From positions 1-22,360 of IMG/VR virus record IMGVR_UViG_2737471845_000014: DNA of 22,360 nucleotides. One strand, written 5' to 3'. The notes below the pieces were generated by a model, which made no database searches, was not told the DNA's origin, and saw only the letters and a program-made list of their open reading frames with translations. Positions 18,557-22,360 of this stretch are shown piece after piece. The position numbers were made by a program, and so were the translations under genes. The DNA comes from a virus. Its lineage: Duplodnaviria > Heunggongvirae > Uroviricota > Caudoviricetes. How positions within the stretch are numbered: position 1 is the stretch's first letter; the number at the start of each line of letters is the position of its first letter.

Positions 18557-19435
18557 TTAAAGTAGTTTCCTATCTGCCGCCGCTCTGTGGCGTATAACCT
18601 TAGTAATACTATAGCGTGGTTTAGACAGCGCGCCATTTGTTTCTTTTGTTGTTTCTGTCAGTTCTACAACAAAAAGATCACCCTTACAGAATGCTGCTTG
18701 GTTGTGTTCAACCCGTTCAAGAAAAGCCTCATCTTTCATAGATGCGCTAACTTCTTCGCCATTTGGCAGGATGATATCCCAGCTTTTGCCTTGCTTGAAT
18801 CGAACATTAGCAAAATGTACATTAGCTTGGCGTGTCGTTACGTGCGTTTTCTCGACAAAGGTGGATTTTGCAGTTTTAAAACTTACTGCTTCAGCTTGCG
18901 TCACCCTGACTACCTTATGCTTCTGCTGTGAAACTGAGAACGTGGATGGTTTTTCAGTCTGCAGGGGTTTATAGATTAATTTATCCAGTTCTTTTCGGAT
19001 GATTGGACTGGTTATTAATTTTTGAATGTCGTTACTGCATTTAACCTTCTCACCATCCACTTCGATTTCTGCTGTATCTTTTTGTTCATCGACGACAATG
19101 GAGCTGATTTTACGCCCTTTGAGCCATTCGATTATCCCGAGTACGCCACCTGCGGCAACTCCACCACCTGCAACGAGGCCAAGGGCGTTAATAGTTTTTA
19201 TGCTCCCCATCACAGCAACAAGCAAAGTAAATGAACCTTCTTTTGTTGCCTTGATGTTGACTTTCGGCTCTGCTGTTTCGCCATTAATTATTTTTTCGGC
19301 GTGTTCAATCAGGGCACTAAGAGAGGTTAAGGCTTCGCCTAATGTTTTCGCGTCGATCTGATTATCTGCGTATGCCTCTCCACCGTAGGCAATTTCGATT
19401 TCTGTTATTGGCATGTTTTCGAGTTGCTGCGTCAT
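18557..19435 (-). CDS. Hypothetical protein with a central glycine-rich TM segment (about 292 aa), first gene of the operon
   Basis: ATG at 19435 (GGA upstream; the ORF track's GTG at 19468 is the alternative); central hydrophobic stretch (LGLVAGGGVAAGGVLGIIEWL); C-terminal ~190-aa K/E/T-rich domain; no recognisable family. Confidence 0.6.
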   Translation of the reverse strand: MTQQLENMPITEIEIAYGGEAYADNQIDAKTLGEALTSLSALIEHAEKIINGETAEPKVNIKATKEGSFTLLVAVMGSIKTINALGLVAGGGVAAGGVLGIIEWLKGRKISSIVVDEQKDTAEIEVDGEKVKCSNDIQKLITSPIIRKELDKLIYKPLQTEKPSTFSVSQQKHKVVRVTQAEAVSFKTAKSTFVEKTHVTTRQANVHFANVRFKQGKSWDIILPNGEEVSASMKDEAFLERVEHNQAAFCKGDLFVVELTETTKETNGALSKPRYSITKVIRHRAAADRKLL

Positions 19436-19555
19436 CAAAAGCATCCTTTGCGCAAGAGAAATAGCCACAGGATACAGATAATTATGAAAAAATCACTAAC
19501 GCGTACGCAAAAACTATCTTAATCTGTTAAGAGTGGTCGCTTCGCCACACAACTT

Positions 19556-19581
19556 AAACCCGCATCAAGCGGGTTTTTTTG
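19556..19581 (+). terminator. Intrinsic terminator-like hairpin
   Basis: AAACCCGC-atcaa-GCGGGTTT followed by a T run (19574-19580); lies between the opposite-strand operon's upstream region and the tRNA promoter. Confidence 0.5.
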
Positions 19582-19662
19582 TGCCACTTATCTCGGATAG
19601 ACATGGTGAATGCGCTGGTGGAGGAGATAAGGGTGATTTTTAACCAGGTGATTTTTGAATGC

Positions 19663-19691
19663 TTGCAACATTGATTTCGTAACGTTATTAT
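19663..19691 (+). promoter_or_regulatory. Candidate strong sigma70 promoter for the tRNA cluster and late operon (pR'-like)
   Basis: TTGCAA (19663-19668), 17-bp spacer, TATTAT (19686-19691), about 10 nt upstream of the first tRNA. Confidence 0.45.
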
Positions 19692-19700
19692 CCTGCGCCC

Positions 19701-19776
19701 GGCCCTTTAGCTCAGTGGTGAGAGCGAGCGACTCATAATCGCCAGGTCGCTGGTTCAAATCCAGCAAGGGCCGCCA
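19701..19776 (+). tRNA. tRNA with CAU anticodon (Ile2/lysidine-type or Met)
   Basis: 76 nt: acceptor GGCCCTT/AAGGGCC, anticodon loop CTCATAA, T-loop TTCAAAT, encoded CCA; resembles E. coli ileX/ileY-type tRNA from memory. Confidence 0.8.
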
Positions 19777-19777
19777 A

Positions 19778-19854
19778 CCGCCACTAGCTCATCAGGAAAG
19801 AGCGTCAACCCTTTAAGTTGAGTGTGCGAGGTTCGAGTCCCCGGTGGCGGTCCA
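19778..19854 (+). tRNA. tRNA-like gene with atypical anticodon loop (apparent UUU, C at position 33)
   Basis: 77 nt: acceptor CCGCCAC/GTGGCGG, D-arm GCTC…GAGC, anticodon stem TCAAC/GTTGA with loop CCTTTAA, T-arm CGAGG-TTCGAGT-CCCCG with one A-C mismatch, encoded CCA. Confidence 0.5.
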
Positions 19855-19856
19855 GT

Positions 19857-19932
<76 letters not shown>

Positions 19933-19935
19933 TAT

Positions 19936-20010
<75 letters not shown>

Positions 20011-20069
20011 GTCAGAGTCTTTCAGTCTGCGATGATGGGAAATCCCGGAGTGGCTGAAAGACGTTTAAG

Positions 20070-20142
20070 TTATGAATGATCGCCTTTTTTTGCAAAATTG
20101 CTGTGCAGAAATACTAACCTTCGGGCAGGCGATCATTCATAA
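20070..20142. repeat. Perfect 15-bp inverted repeat with 43-bp spacer
   Basis: TTATGAATGATCGCC (20070-20084) and its exact reverse complement GGCGATCATTCATAA (20128-20142); a smaller inverted repeat GTCTTTCAG/CTGAAAGAC lies at 20017-20062. Confidence 0.6.
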
Positions 20143-20218
20143 GCACTCTGCTTTTATTCCGATCAACTGTGAGTGGTTTGTTGGATAGAGTGCTTTCCTT
20201 TCTGTATATATCGTTTCG

Positions 20219-20240
20219 CCCGCTTTTGCGGTTTTTTCTT
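20219..20240 (+). terminator. Short intrinsic terminator-like hairpin upstream of the holin (tR'-like)
   Basis: CCGC-tttt-GCGG followed by TTTTTTCTTTT; only a 4-bp GC stem, so a weak call. Confidence 0.4.
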
Positions 20241-20302
20241 TTCAAATCCCTTTCATTTCTCAGTGTAAAACTACGCCATCCGTTATTTGCGGAGGTGAGG
20301 CT

Positions 20303-20518
20303 ATGAAATCCATGGACAAAATTTCAACGGGCATTGCCTACGGCACCTCCGCAGGCAGTGCTGGCTACTGGTTTTTACAGTGGCTTGATCAGGTCAGTCC
20401 GTCACAGTGGGCTGCGATTGGTGTTCTGGGGAGTCTGGTTCTGGGCTTCCTGACTTATCTGACAAATCTGTACTTCAAAATCAGAGAAGACAAGCGTAAG
20501 GCTGCACGGGGAGAGTAA
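20303..20518 (+). CDS. Pinholin (phage 21 S21-type class II holin)
   Basis: 71-aa ORF; translation ([71 protein letters not shown]) matches remembered S21 with two TM helices and a possible dual start (M1/M4); GGAGG RBS. Confidence 0.9.
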   Translation: MKSMDKISTGIAYGTSAGSAGYWFLQWLDQVSPSQWAAIGVLGSLVLGFLTYLTNLYFKIREDKRKAARGE

Positions 20519-20522
20519 TTCA

Positions 20523-20837
20523 ATGACTCAAAACTATGAACTGATTGTGAAAGGGATCCGCAATTTTGAGAATAAAGTTACGGTAACTTTAGCGTTACGG
20601 GACAAAAAACGCTTTGACGGCGAAATTTTTGACCTGGACATCTCGCTGGACCGTGTTGAAGGTGCAGCGCTGGAGTTTTATGAGGCGGCAGCCAGAAGGA
20701 GCATCAGACAGGTCTTCCTGGATGTTGCTGCCGGGTTATGTGAAGGGGACGAGCTGTTGCCAGAAACGCGCCCCTGTTCAGAGGCGCGGTATACCATAAA
20801 AATTAACAGTTCTGATAACTCGATTACAGGTTGTTAG
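20523..20837 (+). CDS. DUF1327-type protein (YdfR-like), between holin and endolysin
   Basis: 104-aa ORF (MTQNYELIVKGIRNFENKVTVTLALRDKKRFDGEIFDLD…) resembling the ydfR-type gene found between essQ and rrrQ in E. coli prophage lysis cassettes, from memory. Confidence 0.6.
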   Translation: MTQNYELIVKGIRNFENKVTVTLALRDKKRFDGEIFDLDISLDRVEGAALEFYEAAARRSIRQVFLDVAAGLCEGDELLPETRPCSEARYTIKINSSDNSITGC

Positions 20838-20892
20838 CTTTTTGCAGTTGGCTTTCCAGTATCTTTCATTGGTAGCATCCTGATAAATATCC

Positions 20893-21426
20893 ATGAGCGC
20901 AAAAATCAAATACGGCCTGTCAGCTGCGGTTCTGGCGCTGATTGCTGCAGGCGCGTCTGCTCCTCAAATACTTGACCAGTTTCTGGATGAAAAAGAGGGT
21001 AACCACACTACGGCATACCGCGATGGTTCCGGCATATGGACCATCTGTCGTGGTGCCACAATGGTGGATGGTAAGCCCGTCATACCGGGAATGAAGCTGT
21101 CGAAGGAAAAATGCGACCAGGTTAACGCTATTGAACGTGATAAGGCGCTGGCATGGGTGGAGCGCAATATTAAAGTACCACTGACCGAACCACAGAAAGC
21201 GGGTATAGCGTCATTTTGTCCCTATAACATTGGCCCCGGTAAGTGTTTCCCGTCGACGTTTTATAAGCGGCTGAATGCCGGTGATCGTAAGGGTGCATGC
21301 GAGGCGATTCGCTGGTGGATAAAAGATGGTGGGCGCGATTGCCGCATACGTTCAAATAACTGCTATGGGCAGGTTATTCGTCGTGACCAGGAAAGCGCAT
21401 TAGCCTGTTGGGGGATAGATCAGTGA
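20893..21426 (+). CDS. SAR endolysin (phage 21 R21-type lysozyme with signal-anchor-release domain)
   Basis: 177-aa ORF with an N-terminal weakly hydrophobic Gly/Ala-rich SAR helix ([18 protein letters not shown]) and a T4-lysozyme-like catalytic region (E…D…T pattern: [22 protein letters not shown]). Confidence 0.9.
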   Translation: MSAKIKYGLSAAVLALIAAGASAPQILDQFLDEKEGNHTTAYRDGSGIWTICRGATMVDGKPVIPGMKLSKEKCDQVNAIERDKALAWVERNIKVPLTEPQKAGIASFCPYNIGPGKCFPSTFYKRLNAGDRKGACEAIRWWIKDGGRDCRIRSNNCYGQVIRRDQESALACWGIDQ

Positions 21427-21887
21427 GCAGAGTCGCCGCGATTATTTATGCTCTGGTTATCTGCATCATCGTCTGCCTGTCGTGGGCGGTCAATCATTAC
21501 CGTGATAACGCCATTACCTACAAAGCCCAGCGCGACAAAAATGCCAGAGAACTGGAGAAGGCGAACGCCACCATTACTGACATGCAGCAGCGTCAGCGTG
21601 ATGTTGCTGCGCTCGATGCAAAGTACTCGAGAGAATTAGCCAATGCGCAAGCTGAAAATGAAACTCTGCGCGCTGATGTTGCCGCTGGTCGTCGTCGGTT
21701 GCACATCAAAGCAGTCTGTCAGTCAGTGCGTGAAGCCACCACCGCCTCCGGCGTGGATAATGCAACCAGCCCCCGACTGGCAGACACCGCTGAACGGGAT
21801 TATTTCACCCTCAGAGACCGATTGATGACGATGCAGATGCAACTGGAAGGGGCACAGGAGTATATCCGCACTCAGTGCATTAAGTAG
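21408..21887 (+). CDS. i-spanin Rz
   Basis: Translation closely matches remembered lambda Rz ([46 protein letters not shown]…); true start may be the GTG at 21423 rather than the ATG at 21408; overlaps the endolysin 3' end. Confidence 0.85.
   Translation: MGDRSVSRVAAIIYALVICIIVCLSWAVNHYRDNAITYKAQRDKNARELEKANATITDMQQRQRDVAALDAKYSRELANAQAENETLRADVAAGRRRLHIKAVCQSVREATTASGVDNATSPRLADTAERDYFTLRDRLMTMQMQLEGAQEYIRTQCIK
21643..21825 (+). CDS. o-spanin Rz1 (lipoprotein), embedded in the +1 frame of Rz
   Basis: 60-aa ORF with lipobox (LVVVGC) and a proline-rich segment ([14 protein letters not shown]); matches remembered lambda Rz1; fully nested within Rz. Confidence 0.85.
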   Translation: MRKLKMKLCALMLPLVVVGCTSKQSVSQCVKPPPPPAWIMQPAPDWQTPLNGIISPSETD

Positions 21888-21929
21888 CCTTTTTATCGTG
21901 GTAAACATTTCGCAGGGTATGAGGTATTT

Positions 21930-22280
21930 ATGCCATCACGAATCCCACGCGCCTGCCGTAAGCGTGGATGTGCAGGTACAACCACAGACAGTTCTGGTTA
22001 CTGCGATAAACATCGTGGCGAAGGATGGGTACAGCATCAACGCGGACTGAGCCGCCACCAGCGTGGCTATGGCTCGAAATGGGATGCCATACGTGCGCGC
22101 ATACTGAAGCGTGATAATCATCTGTGTCAGAACTGCCTGCGCAATGGGAGAGCCGTTGAAGCCAGAACTGTGGACCACATCATTCCGAAAGCTCATGGTG
22201 GCACGGATGCAGACAGTAACCTGCAGAGTCTGTGCTGGCCCTGTCATAAAGCAAAAACAGCGCGCGAACGCATCAATTGA
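21930..22280 (+). CDS. HNH homing-type endonuclease
   Basis: 116-aa ORF with Cys pairs and an HNH core (CQNCLRNGRAVEARTVDHIIPKAHGGTDADSNLQSLCWPCHKAKT); typical position just before phage terminase genes. Confidence 0.85.
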   Translation: MPSRIPRACRKRGCAGTTTDSSGYCDKHRGEGWVQHQRGLSRHQRGYGSKWDAIRARILKRDNHLCQNCLRNGRAVEARTVDHIIPKAHGGTDADSNLQSLCWPCHKAKTARERIN

Positions 22281-22360
22281 TAACAGTTCCCATCTGTAGG
22301 GGAGGGGCGGGTCAAATCTCTGCAACCCTGGCTGCTCAGTACCGCCGCCTGACCTTTCCT

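Noticed and set aside
18587-19361. Plus-strand ORFs (18587-18931, 18702-18974, 19022-19234, 19026-19361) within the membrane operon
   Set aside because: Antisense to the tightly coupled three-gene minus-strand operon; Cys/Phe-rich translations consistent with the shadow of an AT-rich gene.
19556-19581. The hairpin as terminator of the minus-strand membrane operon
   Set aside because: It lies upstream, not downstream, of that operon and its T run is on the plus strand; it more likely insulates the tRNA/late promoter region.
20011-20302. Possible stx or other toxin cargo between the tRNAs and the holin
   Set aside because: The interval is about 290 bp with no ORF of meaningful size; only inverted repeats and a weak terminator are present.

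Overview
The window covers a host segment followed by the left arm of a lambdoid prophage. Host part (1-3028): a REP element and the leftward genes cmoB, cmoA, yecN and a 5'-truncated yecE, read as E. coli-like from remembered protein sequences. From about 3029 to the window end the prophage runs in order: tyrosine integrase and excisionase beside the yecE junction; a leftward block of small unknown genes including an SPFH lipoprotein with small membrane partners; a tandem-HTH protein; CI-like repressor and divergent Cro-like gene flanked by TGATAC operator repeats; an early-right region with three Rha-family paralogs interrupted by an opposite-strand HigB/HigA-like toxin-antitoxin pair; a replication module (O-like initiator with internal iterons, frameshifted DnaC-like loader, DnaB-like helicase); a Q-like antiterminator; an opposite-strand AT-rich three-gene membrane-protein operon; a promoter-driven four-tRNA cluster; a phage-21-type lysis cassette (pinholin, YdfR-like, SAR endolysin, Rz/Rz1); and an HNH endonuclease. 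No stx, N, cII, cIII or recombination (exo/bet) homologues were recognised. The best candidates for an undescribed system are the membrane operon at 17921-19435 and the SPFH module at 5505-6648. All calls rest on reading the translations and the DNA by eye; no database search was run.
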